Virus record (IMG/VR): IMGVR_UViG_3300048861_000178
Coordinates: 192,001 to 256,000 of that record
DNA length: 64,000 nucleotides
Strand: one strand, 5' to 3'
From: a virus
Lineage: Duplodnaviria > Caudoviricetes
Position numbers and translations under genes: made by a program. Shown here piece after piece: positions 19,384 through 29,909 of this stretch (position 1 is the stretch's first letter; the number at the start of each line of letters is the position of its first letter). The notes under the pieces are model-generated. The model was not told where the DNA came from and searched no databases. It saw nothing but the letters and a program-made list of their open reading frames with translations.

Positions 19384-21213
19384 TCAGCTGCTAATCGAAG
19401 CGGCCAGCTGGGTGAACAATGTGGTCAGTGTGTCTACCATGTTGACGACTTCTGACTCCAGGGCAAACCGATCCGTCGTCGCGTAGACGATGCTGGCAGG
19501 TGCCACCGCCACCCGGCTATTCGTCACGAGCTTGGACGAATCATCGGAGAGCTGCGTGACCGTGTAGGCGTTCAGGTTCGGACCCGTCTTCATCCAGACA
19601 CGAATGGTCGGGACAGCTGTACCGCCCACCGTCACGTTCTCGATCGTGTAGCCAAACTGCGCCCCCGGATCGCTCGTCACCATGTTGGTGACGCTCATCG
19701 TCACTTGACTGCCCGAGGGTCCCCGGATGTTAAAGCAGATCAGGTAAGCACCCGACACCAGTTCACCATTCGAGTCCCCGCCCGAGAGCAACCAACGAAT
19801 ATCGTTGTAGCCCGTGAGGTTCGGATCAGTAGCCGACGGCAGCGGGATCTGACCGAGCTCACTCCAGTAATCGGTACCGGTTTCGCCGCTGGTCGGATTA
19901 AAGAGCACCTGCGGCGCAAAGGCACTGCCTGCACCCGAACTGGCTTGGGCCAACACCTGCGCGAGCGTGTACCCGCCGAGCATATTGGAGTCTGCCGCCG
20001 GACCGTTGTTATTCAGCACCCAGGTCGCAAAGTCCGCCGGAGTCATGCCGTTAACTTTCAACGCGTTCGAAGCGGCCCCATTGTTGAGCACCCACGCAGC
20101 AAACGTAGCGGGGTCCATGCCGTTGAATTCAAACGTGTCGGCTGCTTTACCCGCCAACGCATCCGAGAGCACTTGCGCGTAGGTATGGCCTGCGAGCTGA
20201 TTGGCGTTCGCCGCGGTACCGCCAAGCACGGCTGCCGTGAAGTCCGCGGGTGTTTGACCGCCAAACTTATTGGAATTCGAAGCCACGCCGGTAGCGAGTG
20301 CCCAGTCCCGATAGGTCGTTGCATCCATGCCGTCAAAGAGCAACGAGTCGGCCGCCGAACCGCCGGAAGGCGTATAGCCTGACAGCAGCTGATCGACTTC
20401 GGCTTGTGTGTACGCTCCTACTTCGTGCGCGGTGGTAGCGTGCGGGTTGTCGGTCCGCGCCGCGTGCGCAGCAATTGCTGCATTCGGACCCGCATTCATC
20501 ATCGTCGTCACGCCACCCGGCGTAATGTAGACGCTGTTGCTCGTGCCAGCTGCCAGGTCAGCCGCTTGCGCGATGCCGTAGTTCTGTACGTTACCCAAGC
20601 CGACCTGTGTGGCCGTTACCCGGTGCGGGTTGGTGAAGTCCGCCAAGTGAGCTGCCAGGCCCGTGGAACCCGTTTGACGCAGCGCCGTTTCGATGTTGCC
20701 AAGCGCATTGACCAGGTCGGTGGCGCCGACCATGTCCACGAGATCCCACTCGTGATCGATCACCGGGAACATCACCGGTTGTTCGACGACTTGTTCCCAG
20801 GCCGTGATCCGGGGGTTAGCCGTACGGTCCGCGAGCAGGGCCGAGACACCTGCCTCATCAAGCGTCCACATGCCACCGAGCGTCTGGTAGCTAACCTTCA
20901 CCACGCCAGCCAGGAGCGGATTGACAAACTGGATACCACCCCAGATGGGGGCGGCGCAAGCCCGCGAGGCGGAGATAAATTCAAAACACGGATACCAGTC
21001 TTTACCGCGGTCCAGCGGTGTGACGTTGCCTTGGGCGTCCGTGATGGTCAGGCTCACACTTGCGTCAAAGAACGGCGCCCAGCGCGGCACGATGATCTGG
21101 TAATCGGTCCAATTCACCGCCGTCAGGATTTGCTGCTCGTTGGTGATCTTGTTCGACGCAAGCGAGCCCGTGGGATCAAACGGGTAAGCGAGGTCATTCA
21201 AATTCAATGCCAT
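19384..21213 (-). CDS. Tail fibre-like virion protein (phiKZ gp145/146-like), paralogous N-terminus to the 17818-19293 fibre
   Basis: YPFDPTG...APFF...YQTLGG; HxxxxxNPHxxT repeats; six internal AxD/N repeats. Confidence 0.7.
   Translation of the reverse strand: MALNLNDLAYPFDPTGSLASNKITNEQQILTAVNWTDYQIIVPRWAPFFDASVSLTITDAQGNVTPLDRGKDWYPCFEFISASRACAAPIWGGIQFVNPLLAGVVKVSYQTLGGMWTLDEAGVSALLADRTANPRITAWEQVVEQPVMFPVIDHEWDLVDMVGATDLVNALGNIETALRQTGSTGLAAHLADFTNPHRVTATQVGLGNVQNYGIAQAADLAAGTSNSVYITPGGVTTMMNAGPNAAIAAHAARTDNPHATTAHEVGAYTQAEVDQLLSGYTPSGGSAADSLLFDGMDATTYRDWALATGVASNSNKFGGQTPADFTAAVLGGTAANANQLAGHTYAQVLSDALAGKAADTFEFNGMDPATFAAWVLNNGAASNALKVNGMTPADFATWVLNNNGPAADSNMLGGYTLAQVLAQASSGAGSAFAPQVLFNPTSGETGTDYWSELGQIPLPSATDPNLTGYNDIRWLLSGGDSNGELVSGAYLICFNIRGPSGSQVTMSVTNMVTSDPGAQFGYTIENVTVGGTAVPTIRVWMKTGPNLNAYTVTQLSDDSSKLVTNSRVAVAPASIVYATTDRFALESEVVNMVDTLTTLFTQLAASISS
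19935..20356 (-). repeat. Six ~23-25 aa internal repeats in ABC-ABC order
   Basis: AADSLLFDGMDATTY / ASNSNKFGGQTPADF / AANANQLAGHTYAQVL then AADTFEFNGMDPATF / ASNALKVNGMTPADF / AADSNMLGGYTLAQVL. Confidence 0.75.
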
Positions 21214-21324
21214 TCTTTTCTCCCAGCGGGTGAAGGCGATATTCTATAGGTTTTAGTCTATCTTCCAAGACTACAACAAAGCTACAATCATAGTATTCAA
21301 AAGATTTTTCCCCGGAGCCACGGC

Positions 21325-22593
21325 ATGTATACGTTAGTCTCAGCTATCGGTAAATCGTTTGCGAGCGCAGGTCGATGGGAGAGTGCGGACATTGGCGCGA
21401 TGCCCTTGAGCCAGATCTATTCCACCTACCTGAAGGTGTACGCAGTCCTGACCAATCCGTTCGTGAGCGGTCAGGTCAGTTTGGACCTCTCGCAAATCCA
21501 AGCTGCCGATGGTGGCTTGTCGATGACGTTCAATGAGTTTCTCACTCAAAATGGTGACACGGCATTACCGACGTCCACCACCATTCCCACGCTTAAGCCA
21601 CAGTACGCTGAGTACAAGGATGGCTTTCGCGCAGGCTACAAAGTGCAGCCCGTCAATAAGCTGGCTGCACCCGATGCGCAGTTGCCGATGTCGGAGAAGA
21701 CTTGGCTGTATCTCACCAAGACTGATGCCGAGGGGAACTCGATCGACTTTGAGCTCTTTTATAAGAGCTGCATGGTGACGATCAATGGTTACTTCCACAA
21801 TATCGACGCGATCCCCACTGCTGCCTGGGTGATGGACGGGATGGTGAGCCGTAACATCTCCAAGCAGAATCAGTTTGGGCTGCTCAACTTCCAGAAGCTC
21901 GGTAGCTTGCAGTACGTGGCGATTCAGCCGTCGATGATCTACAAGCAAAATAGCAACCAAGCCTATCGCAACCAGATGTACGTGAATCTGGGGGTGGACC
22001 TCACGAATAAAACCGTGATGCTGGTGCTGGGTGGCTACTTGCACATTCTCGATCCGAAGACCTTCTTCCGGGTCAGTGCGACGGCGGTGGCGATTAACTT
22101 TAACAACCTGCCGATTCTCGAGCGCTACCACGAGTCGATGCAATACCTCGACTTCTCGGCGCTACCGTTTGATCGCGACGCGCATGATCCGTCCAAGATT
22201 AATGTGGCGGATTTCTTGTCGGACGAGAACCTGGTGGCGTATGCGACGATGAGCCAGTCGTTCTTTGTGATTCTGGATAACCCGGAAGTCTTCATCGAAA
22301 CCGAGAAGGTCTACACCGGCAAGCTCACCAATATCTTGGTGTCGAACCAGGAGCCAAAGTACCCGCTGGTGAACGGTCATGGCAAGCTGGCCGATTACTG
22401 GTCGGTGGAAGAAGATGGTCGCTGGGCCCTGACGGTGTACGATAACCGTTGGAACCAGCGCACTTACAATACGGTCGACTGGCGCAATGCGGACTGCGTG
22501 AATAACGCCCGTACGAGCCAGGAAGTCTCGCTTCCGTCACGGGCCTTCTTCCTGAAGATCGGTACGGACTTCGATAGCGGCGCGACGTCATAA
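21325..22593 (+). CDS. Conserved phiKZ-family virion structural protein
   Basis: 422 aa; TINGYFH, LVLGGYLH, SQSFFV motifs; GGAG RBS. Confidence 0.6.
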   Translation: MYTLVSAIGKSFASAGRWESADIGAMPLSQIYSTYLKVYAVLTNPFVSGQVSLDLSQIQAADGGLSMTFNEFLTQNGDTALPTSTTIPTLKPQYAEYKDGFRAGYKVQPVNKLAAPDAQLPMSEKTWLYLTKTDAEGNSIDFELFYKSCMVTINGYFHNIDAIPTAAWVMDGMVSRNISKQNQFGLLNFQKLGSLQYVAIQPSMIYKQNSNQAYRNQMYVNLGVDLTNKTVMLVLGGYLHILDPKTFFRVSATAVAINFNNLPILERYHESMQYLDFSALPFDRDAHDPSKINVADFLSDENLVAYATMSQSFFVILDNPEVFIETEKVYTGKLTNILVSNQEPKYPLVNGHGKLADYWSVEEDGRWALTVYDNRWNQRTYNTVDWRNADCVNNARTSQEVSLPSRAFFLKIGTDFDSGATS

Positions 22594-22651
22594 CGGCATA
22601 AACCCCCGGCCCGTCCCCTGTGAAGAGGATAGGCGCGGGGGCTTATGACCG
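22594..22651. terminator. Bidirectional element CGGCATAA-hairpin-TTATGACCG
   Basis: Imperfect CCCCCG...CGGGGG stem between convergent genes. Confidence 0.65.
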
Positions 22652-22667
22652 AGGGTACAACACGGGC

Positions 22668-23654
22668 TTACTGCTGGCTCGCCAGGCGCTCACCGGCGTT
22701 GAAGATCGCGCTCACGGTACCGAACACCAGTTGCATCGCTTGCGGGTTCAGCGAACGGATGTGCTGACGATCGTTGAACGGGGCGAATGACACCCACACA
22801 TCGATCTCCGTATTCGGCAAGTTGCTCACCGTCACTTGCATCTTGGCGTTGCCGAGATAGAACTGCAAGAGCTTGGTCGCTTCGTCGGTGTAAAAGCCGC
22901 TCGGGTAGTCGTACTCGCGCAACTGCTGGGGGGCGATACGCAGCACGTCTTCTTCGTATTCCCCGAAGCCACCGTAGCCCGGTTTCACGAAGCCACGGCC
23001 GAGGAGGTAGACTTCCGGCGAGAAGTACTTGGCAAACACCGAACCGGAGCCGACGAAGTGACCGAGGTAGTCGGCCGCGCTCGGCGCGTCGCTGACCGGC
23101 TCACCCACGTGCTTTTGCTTGGGCGTCGGACGATGCAGGTTTTGCAGCGAGCGCGGCTGACGCACCGGGGTTTCCGGGGCCGGGTGTTGCAAGTGCGTGC
23201 GAATGTTCTCGCCGAGCGTTTCGACAGCGTTCTTGGCGGCTTCCGCTGCTGCATTGATGCTGGTGTGGCCCGGATGGCGCACCGGCGGCAACGCCGGATT
23301 AGCCTGGGTACCGGCGGGCGTGATCGGCAGTTTGCCCGGTGCCGGGCGCTGTGCTGAAGTACCTGCATGGGTTGCCGCAGGCTGCTGGCGGTATGCACCC
23401 ACCGAAGCGGTGGCGGCCGTGGCCGCAGCGACAGCGTCGTCCACCACGGCACCGGGCAGGAAGCCCTTCAGGGCCTCGATCACGTGCAGCGAGAACACCA
23501 CGTCCTTCTGCATCTCAGTGATGGTGTTCATGTGCAGTTGCTGCAATTGCGAGAGCGCCAGGTTCACGCGGTTCAGGCGCTTTTCCAGGAGCTCAGTCGG
23601 CGACATCGACAGCTCGTCTTGTTCGGGATGGATGATGATCTCTTGCTGGTTCAT
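22668..23654 (-). CDS. Hypothetical protein (N-terminal coiled coil, Pro/Ala-rich linker, C-terminal globular domain)
   Basis: 328 aa ORF with GAGGAA upstream, downstream of sbcC. Confidence 0.7.
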   Translation of the reverse strand: MNQQEIIIHPEQDELSMSPTELLEKRLNRVNLALSQLQQLHMNTITEMQKDVVFSLHVIEALKGFLPGAVVDDAVAAATAATASVGAYRQQPAATHAGTSAQRPAPGKLPITPAGTQANPALPPVRHPGHTSINAAAEAAKNAVETLGENIRTHLQHPAPETPVRQPRSLQNLHRPTPKQKHVGEPVSDAPSAADYLGHFVGSGSVFAKYFSPEVYLLGRGFVKPGYGGFGEYEEDVLRIAPQQLREYDYPSGFYTDEATKLLQFYLGNAKMQVTVSNLPNTEIDVWVSFAPFNDRQHIRSLNPQAMQLVFGTVSAIFNAGERLASQQ

Positions 23655-23677
23655 GTTTCTTTTCTTTCCTCATTAAG

Positions 23678-26164
23678 TTACTGCATAGTGACGTGCTGAT
23701 TGTACACGCTCGGTACCGTGATGTTGCGGGCATCCAAGACACAGGTCTGCGCATTGGTAAACGATCCGTAACCACTTTCGTAGTGTGAGATCATGTACAA
23801 CTGCGAGAAGTGCTGCGTATCCATCAGGTTCTTAATACAGCTCGATGCGGCGGTGCGGTGCTCCAGGTCAAAGCTCGCACCAAACTCATCGAGTAGGAGC
23901 GGTGCCTCGCCTAAGCCCAGATACTTCATGGCGACCACCTTAAAGGCGAGGTCGACGACTTCTTGCATGCCGCTACTGCCATTCTTGACATCGTCGCGAA
24001 TATTGGCCCGGTCCTGCACCATCAGCGGGAACTTGTAGTCGAGCTCCGCGCCACGATCCGTCGCGACACCGCAAGGTTGAATCTCCAGTGGATAAGCCCA
24101 GATCTTCTTGATGAGATGGTTCATCTCCCGCACAAAGCGACGAATGAAACCGAGCAGCCCTTCGGCAATCAAACCATCAGTCGGTGACATCTCCTTGACC
24201 ATCAGCTTCAGGGTTTCGTCACGCAAGGCATACTGCGCAATCGTCTTTTCTAACTCGGCGATGATGCCCTTTTGGAGCTTCATCTCCTGCAAGGCCGAGT
24301 TCTTGTGGGCGAGCGACAGCTGCAGGGCATTGATTGCGTTTTGGATCGCTTCGCGGCGTAGCATCTCCACCAGTTCTTTGGTGGCATCTTCCGCTTGGCC
24401 GATCATCTGCTCCAGGCGCTGACCCGTCGATTGCACATCGGACATCTGGCGCCGGTAAGCCATCGTTTGCTGCAGATGCTTATTGAGTCGGTTCAGTTTG
24501 CCCGTGAGTTCTTCGACCGTGCCCGTCACCTTGACCAACGACTCCGTCACTTCGTTCAGGTTCGCATCACCGAGCTGTTCAGCTTGTTTGATGAGTTCCT
24601 TGATGTCAGCGATTTCCCGCTCCTGTCGCTCAGCGGCGAGCTCTTGCACCAGGTCCTGTTTAAGCAGGTCGAGCTGCATGAGTGCGACGCGTGGCGTCTT
24701 GATGACCATCTCGTGATGCAAGAGGTGATCCCAGAACGGTTGCAGCGCAGGCCAGTTCTTCACGCAGCGGTTAAAGTCCATGTAGAGATTGAGGTAGGTC
24801 TGAAACGCCTCCATCTCTTCTTCGAGCGCCTTGATCTCGGCTTTAAGCTTGGTGATCTCTTCGCCACGCGATTCAATCGCAGCATCGTACTTCTGGATCA
24901 CTTCCGGATCGTAGCCCACCACCCACAGGTGATGACACTTCGGGCACTCGATGTTCCCAGCCTGCTTATGGGACTCCATGTGCTGCTTCTTACCGGCGAA
25001 GTGAGCGATCTCCTTTTCCTTTTGCAGGATCAGGTCACGTCGCTCGAGCACCTTCTGACGGTTCTCGTTATTCTTCGTCTGACTGAAGCGCCGATCCTCG
25101 TTGGAGGGGATCTCCGAGAAGCACGCAAAGAGCACCCCGTAGACCGATTCGAGTGCGGCAGCTGCCTGGGATGCACTGAAGCCTTCCAAGCCCAGCACGC
25201 GGGCTGAGAGGAGCTTGTTGCGGGTTTCCTGAGCGAGGTGCAGCCGACGCAGGAGCGCATCGACACCTTGGGCCCCCGTCTTCTTCAGCAAGTCCTGCTT
25301 TTCCTTCAGCTTGCCGTGCTCTTCCACCGCTTTATTGAGGAGCGCTTCAGTGGCCGCAATCTCTTGCTTGGTCGCATCGATGTCCTCCGTAATCTGTTCG
25401 ACCGAGTCGTACCCCTTCCAGCCAAAGAAAGAGGCGCGGTGCCGTAGCAGGTTATCCGAGATGCTGTAGAGCTCGGACAAAATCTCTTCCTGCTCCGTCA
25501 TAAACGTCGACACTGGCCGCGGAATCGGGGCCCGCTGGCGCTGCAGGCGCTCAATCTCTCCAATCAGGGTTTCAACTTCCTGACTGAGCTTGCGCTCCTC
25601 TTCCTCGGTGACGATCTTGCTGGTTTCAGCCACCAGCTTGTTCTTGGCCATCTTCAGCGCGCCGGAGGTCACCGTAGCGGCTTCCTTCAGACGCATGAAC
25701 AAACCAATGGCGTAGGTGTAGTCCACGTCCGAGAGCATCGTAAACCACTTGCGGCGATCAGTCGGTCCCATGGTGTGGAAACGGATCGCATTGCGCAGCA
25801 GCTCATGGATGTCATCGTTGACACCGAACTCCGTCATCACCAGCTTGCGCTGCACGGTGATGGTGTGACCATCGTTAAGCTCTTGGCCGTTCTTCAGGAA
25901 GCTGTGCTTATTGCCTTCTGAGAACCAGCTCTTGAGCACAAACGTGTTGCCACGGTGAGTAATCGTTATGGTTTTAGAGCCATCTTTACTGTATTCCTTA
26001 GGCTCAGCAGGCAACGGGGTCAATTCCTTTACCAAGGAGGATTTGCCAGAGCCGTTGGTGCCGAGAATGAGCTGAATGCGTTCAGCCGGACGGATCATAA
26101 AGCGGGTGTGCCCATTGAGCGCGATCCGCTTGTATCCGACCAGCTCTAATGAGTTAATGAGCAT
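23678..26164 (-). CDS. sbcC: SbcC/Rad50-like SMC ATPase
   Basis: Walker A GTNGSGKS, coiled coils, CPKC zinc hook, SSG signature, LLLDE Walker B, ISH. Confidence 0.9.
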   Translation of the reverse strand: MLINSLELVGYKRIALNGHTRFMIRPAERIQLILGTNGSGKSSLVKELTPLPAEPKEYSKDGSKTITITHRGNTFVLKSWFSEGNKHSFLKNGQELNDGHTITVQRKLVMTEFGVNDDIHELLRNAIRFHTMGPTDRRKWFTMLSDVDYTYAIGLFMRLKEAATVTSGALKMAKNKLVAETSKIVTEEEERKLSQEVETLIGEIERLQRQRAPIPRPVSTFMTEQEEILSELYSISDNLLRHRASFFGWKGYDSVEQITEDIDATKQEIAATEALLNKAVEEHGKLKEKQDLLKKTGAQGVDALLRRLHLAQETRNKLLSARVLGLEGFSASQAAAALESVYGVLFACFSEIPSNEDRRFSQTKNNENRQKVLERRDLILQKEKEIAHFAGKKQHMESHKQAGNIECPKCHHLWVVGYDPEVIQKYDAAIESRGEEITKLKAEIKALEEEMEAFQTYLNLYMDFNRCVKNWPALQPFWDHLLHHEMVIKTPRVALMQLDLLKQDLVQELAAERQEREIADIKELIKQAEQLGDANLNEVTESLVKVTGTVEELTGKLNRLNKHLQQTMAYRRQMSDVQSTGQRLEQMIGQAEDATKELVEMLRREAIQNAINALQLSLAHKNSALQEMKLQKGIIAELEKTIAQYALRDETLKLMVKEMSPTDGLIAEGLLGFIRRFVREMNHLIKKIWAYPLEIQPCGVATDRGAELDYKFPLMVQDRANIRDDVKNGSSGMQEVVDLAFKVVAMKYLGLGEAPLLLDEFGASFDLEHRTAASSCIKNLMDTQHFSQLYMISHYESGYGSFTNAQTCVLDARNITVPSVYNQHVTMQ

Positions 26165-26242
26165 GTAAGCCTTCTATTACACAGCTTGATTCTGTCGTCA
26201 GACGATGGTTGAGCTCTGTGTTTTTTAACAGGACCCGATAAA

Positions 26243-27259
26243 ATGGATCACCTTGCCGCGCAGTTCGCGGGTCACGAAAGCCCGCAGGGCACCATCAGTA
26301 AGTTCCATGTGTACTCACTGGGCCATGCTGCTGAGAACAAAGCCCTGAATTCCTTCGATCTGGAGATTACGCCAATTGAGGATACGCCGATGGTGGACGG
26401 GGAGCTTTCCACCAATGCCAACACTGAGCAAGCCTCGGGTACGGATCTCTCGGGTCAGCAGTACCAGACCAACCTCACGTCCTCCGGCACCATCAAGGCG
26501 ACCTGGCTACCGGTGGGCCAAGCGAACCGGTTGACGGCACCCGATGTGCGTCGCGGTGAGCAGGTGGTCATCTACCGGTACGGTGACACCGACAAGTATT
26601 ACTGGAACACGATGCGCAATGACCTGAACTTCCGTAAGCTCGAGACGGTCGTGTTTGGCATTAGCGCCACCGCCGTGGAAGGTGCAACGCCGGACAAGAC
26701 CAATACGTACTACGTGGAATTCAGTTCGCACAAGAAGTCGATCACGCTTATCACCACCAAGGCCAATGGGGAGCCCTACGCCTATTCGTTCCAGTTCGAT
26801 ACGGGTAACGGCAAGGTGCAACTGGAAGACGACATCGGTAACGGGATGTTCCTGGACTCGCAGCAGCATCAGTGGCATATCGAGAACGCAGATGGTTCGT
26901 TCTTTGACATGACCAAGAAAGCTATCAAAGGGCATGCGGATGATTCGATTAGCTGGACCACCAAGGACTGGTCGGTCGATGCTTCGAACAGCACCAGCGA
27001 GACTACCGAGACGCGTACTGTCAAAGCCAGCACCGAAACCGTGACGGCAGAAACCACCCACAATGGTGACACTGTCCATAACGGTAACATCGGCCTGAAT
27101 GGTGACCTGACTACCGCACCGGGTAACGCAGGCACGGGTAAGATCAGCATCAAGGGTGAGGCTGAACTCTTGGGCAATCTCGACGTGCAGGGTGACATGA
27201 CCGCAGTGACGATCGAGGCGACCGAATCGATCACGGCACCGAACCTGAAGTACAATTAA
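26243..27259 (+). CDS. Baseplate central spike (phiKZ gp164-like, gpV/gp5 OB-fold plus beta-helix)
   Basis: ATWL...APDVRRGEQVVIY...YYW OB-fold pattern; repetitive beta-strand C-terminus with THNGDTVHNG. Confidence 0.7.
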   Translation: MDHLAAQFAGHESPQGTISKFHVYSLGHAAENKALNSFDLEITPIEDTPMVDGELSTNANTEQASGTDLSGQQYQTNLTSSGTIKATWLPVGQANRLTAPDVRRGEQVVIYRYGDTDKYYWNTMRNDLNFRKLETVVFGISATAVEGATPDKTNTYYVEFSSHKKSITLITTKANGEPYAYSFQFDTGNGKVQLEDDIGNGMFLDSQQHQWHIENADGSFFDMTKKAIKGHADDSISWTTKDWSVDASNSTSETTETRTVKASTETVTAETTHNGDTVHNGNIGLNGDLTTAPGNAGTGKISIKGEAELLGNLDVQGDMTAVTIEATESITAPNLKYN

Positions 27260-27267
27260 AAAAGTAG

Positions 27268-27303
27268 GGACATAAGGGGAGGCCGAAGCCTCCCTCTATG
27301 CCG
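27268..27303. terminator. Bidirectional element GGACATAA-hairpin-CTATGCCG
   Basis: GGGAGGC-CGAA-GCCTCCC between convergent genes. Confidence 0.75.
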
Positions 27304-27311
27304 TTATTGCT

Positions 27312-28589
27312 TCAGCTTGCGGTGTTCCACTTGTTAAAACCCGTGGGAGCTGCATGCACGAAGTTGGTTGCCCCTGCGTTGATCGTCACGGCATCCGTCT
27401 TAGCATCCAGTGACACGCCGAGGTAGACCAGTCCTGCGTTGCCGCCAGGGACCGCGATCGCCGCGAGCGGCAGACCCCCCAGACCGGTGGCCGGGTTCTG
27501 GTTCGCCAACACATCGCCATTCCACTGCTGCGTCTGCGGGTTGTAGAACCAGCCGAGCTTGGCGTTCAGGTCGATGGCAATCCCCACCACGTCCCCTTGC
27601 TTCGGAGTGGTGCCGATCGTCTGGGCATTACCACCATTGTAGAAGATCCCGGCCGTCGCCCCATCGGCTTCGGTAAAGATCATCATGCCATTGGTGTCCG
27701 CACCAATCCTCTGGTTGTTAAGCTGACTGGCGTTACAGATACCAAAGCCCACAGCACCCGCCAACGTGTTAAGCGTGGCTTCCGCGTAGAACTTGCCTGC
27801 CTGATGGCCGACGGTGCCCCGTGCCGATTGCCAGCCAACGACGGTACTGGTGGCAGTGAGGTTGTTGTTGCTTAGCGTAAGGCCTGCTGGGCTTAAGGCC
27901 GCATCCAGTTGATCCACCGGGTCAGTCGCGGGCGGCGTGTCCGTGAGCTTACCGATGTTCGCATTCACAAACGCTTCCAGATTAGCGTACTGACCTTGCA
28001 GGGTCTGGAGTTGTTTGGTGAGGGCAATCACCTGCGACTCGGGCGTGTTGGTGTTGGTGATGTTAGCCTGCCGAGCGGCTTCAGCAAGAGCATGATCCGC
28101 CGCCGAGAGATTGGTCGTCGGAGACACCACCACCGTCTGAATCAACACGCTCGTCAACCCCACGGTCGTCTTCACCAGATTGGCAATCTGTTGCTTTAAG
28201 AACGTGAGGTCCACGTAAGTGGGCATCGCACCCAGATCGACTGCCATCATCAGGTTGGTGTAGGGCACACCACCCTTAGACGGATAGCTGGCCACAAAGC
28301 TCGAGGGCACGTAAGCGACCGCACCCGACGACTGCTGCAGCGTGATGATGCACACGCCGCTGCCGAGGTCTGCCTGGTATTGGGCTGCCAGATCCCCCGA
28401 GGTTTGTTCGCGCGGCTGGTAGTACTGGGTGTAGGGATCGCCACCTGCGGCGATGATGTCCTCCAGCTGCCGAATCGCAATACAGGTGTACGACGCGTTC
28501 GCCATCAGCGCGTTGTTAAACGGCGCGGTGAGCGTAAAGACTCCGGCTGCCCCCAGCTCCGGAATCAGATTGGTGGTGATAACGGTCAT
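27312..28589 (-). CDS. Phage protein with C-terminal SPRY/B30.2-like domain
   Basis: LSNNNLT, GKFYAE, GFGIC, GDVVGIAIDL, INAG...APTGF. Confidence 0.7.
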   Translation of the reverse strand: MTVITTNLIPELGAAGVFTLTAPFNNALMANASYTCIAIRQLEDIIAAGGDPYTQYYQPREQTSGDLAAQYQADLGSGVCIITLQQSSGAVAYVPSSFVASYPSKGGVPYTNLMMAVDLGAMPTYVDLTFLKQQIANLVKTTVGLTSVLIQTVVVSPTTNLSAADHALAEAARQANITNTNTPESQVIALTKQLQTLQGQYANLEAFVNANIGKLTDTPPATDPVDQLDAALSPAGLTLSNNNLTATSTVVGWQSARGTVGHQAGKFYAEATLNTLAGAVGFGICNASQLNNQRIGADTNGMMIFTEADGATAGIFYNGGNAQTIGTTPKQGDVVGIAIDLNAKLGWFYNPQTQQWNGDVLANQNPATGLGGLPLAAIAVPGGNAGLVYLGVSLDAKTDAVTINAGATNFVHAAPTGFNKWNTAS

Positions 28590-28601
28590 GCAGGGCTCCT
28601 A

Positions 28602-29909
28602 TTACGGCGCGGCGAACTGCGGGTTCGACTTGGCAGCGACGAGGTAGTCAATCGTCTGGTAGTTGTACACCAGGTACAGAATGTTGTTACGGATCAACTT
28701 GGTGTAGCCCAGCGGGATGCTGGAATACTGCGTCATTGATTCCGCCACCAGCAACATGGTGGCCAGTGCCGAGAGGAACGCTTGCGTCGCCTGGCTCATG
28801 CGCGCGAAATCCGTCGAGGTCGAGCTCACCGAGATGAGATCCGGGAATACATCCGAGAGCTCGTACAGGTTGTTGCGGTTCTGGTCCGAACCAATCATGG
28901 CGATGGCCAGCGACTTGTACGGATGACCCATGACGGTGCCGTGCGCATTGATATGAGCACTTGGATAACTAGCGAACTGGGGGAGCAGCGCGAGCGCATC
29001 CGTCAGATTCGTAATCGGAGAGTATATGCCCGCCTGACCCGTGGAGCGATCAGGGATCGCCATTTTGTTCCACTGGGGGATGAGCACAAACTCCGTGCGC
29101 TTGAAGATGTCCGGGAACACCGCCACCCATTCATCGCGCGAGTGCGAGCTGTTGGCGAGGATGTAGGCTTCCAGCGCATCGCTGATCGAGTCGACATTGT
29201 CGCCCGCCATGCCGTACAGAATCAGCGTCCAGTCCGTCGAGATGAGCGTGCCGGTTCCAGCCGGATCATGCCAGTCGTAGGACATGACGATGATGTCAGT
29301 TTCCGGATTGTTCGCCTTGGCAGCCTGGATGTTCAAGAAGAGCTGGGGCTTGGTAACGGCGCTGACTTCCGCTTGCACTTGCGTGGCGGCTTTGAAAAAG
29401 TCGTCAAGCGGGGTGATCGGCGGCACGATGACAAAAGCCGATTCGTCGTATTCGTTCTGGAAGCTTGCATCTGCAAACCAAATCCGAATAAACGAACCGG
29501 GGTTGGCCACGTCGGTCCAGCTGACCCATTCGGGCAACCAGCGCGTCCCGTCGGTGACCATCGCCCCGGAGGCGAAGGTGTTAGCGGTCGCTGCAAACTG
29601 CGTGAGGGCGCCTTCGAGGAGGACGTCCGCGTATTGCTGACCAGCATTGTTAATGGTCTGGTTGTAGAACCAGGCACAAATCGTGAGCACGCGCTTGGCG
29701 AGGTCTGCATCGACGACTTGGGCTGTGCCATCCGTTGCGCTCAAGAAAGACCAGAGCGTGACGTTTGGCGAACCCACTGCATCAGTGTAGAGGCCGATTT
29801 CGCGCGAGTAAGTCCGCGACACCGTGGAGAGTTCCCCGACGGCGTTGACTTGACCTGGCGTGTTGTTTGCGAACAGGGCGTGGCTCGCAAAACCTTTAAG
29901 TGTGTACAT
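28602..29909 (-). CDS. Conserved phiKZ-family virion structural protein
   Basis: MYTLKGF...GELST.SRTY; FPDIFKRTEF; FPD...STDFARM. Confidence 0.6.
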   Translation of the reverse strand: MYTLKGFASHALFANNTPGQVNAVGELSTVSRTYSREIGLYTDAVGSPNVTLWSFLSATDGTAQVVDADLAKRVLTICAWFYNQTINNAGQQYADVLLEGALTQFAATANTFASGAMVTDGTRWLPEWVSWTDVANPGSFIRIWFADASFQNEYDESAFVIVPPITPLDDFFKAATQVQAEVSAVTKPQLFLNIQAAKANNPETDIIVMSYDWHDPAGTGTLISTDWTLILYGMAGDNVDSISDALEAYILANSSHSRDEWVAVFPDIFKRTEFVLIPQWNKMAIPDRSTGQAGIYSPITNLTDALALLPQFASYPSAHINAHGTVMGHPYKSLAIAMIGSDQNRNNLYELSDVFPDLISVSSTSTDFARMSQATQAFLSALATMLLVAESMTQYSSIPLGYTKLIRNNILYLVYNYQTIDYLVAAKSNPQFAAP

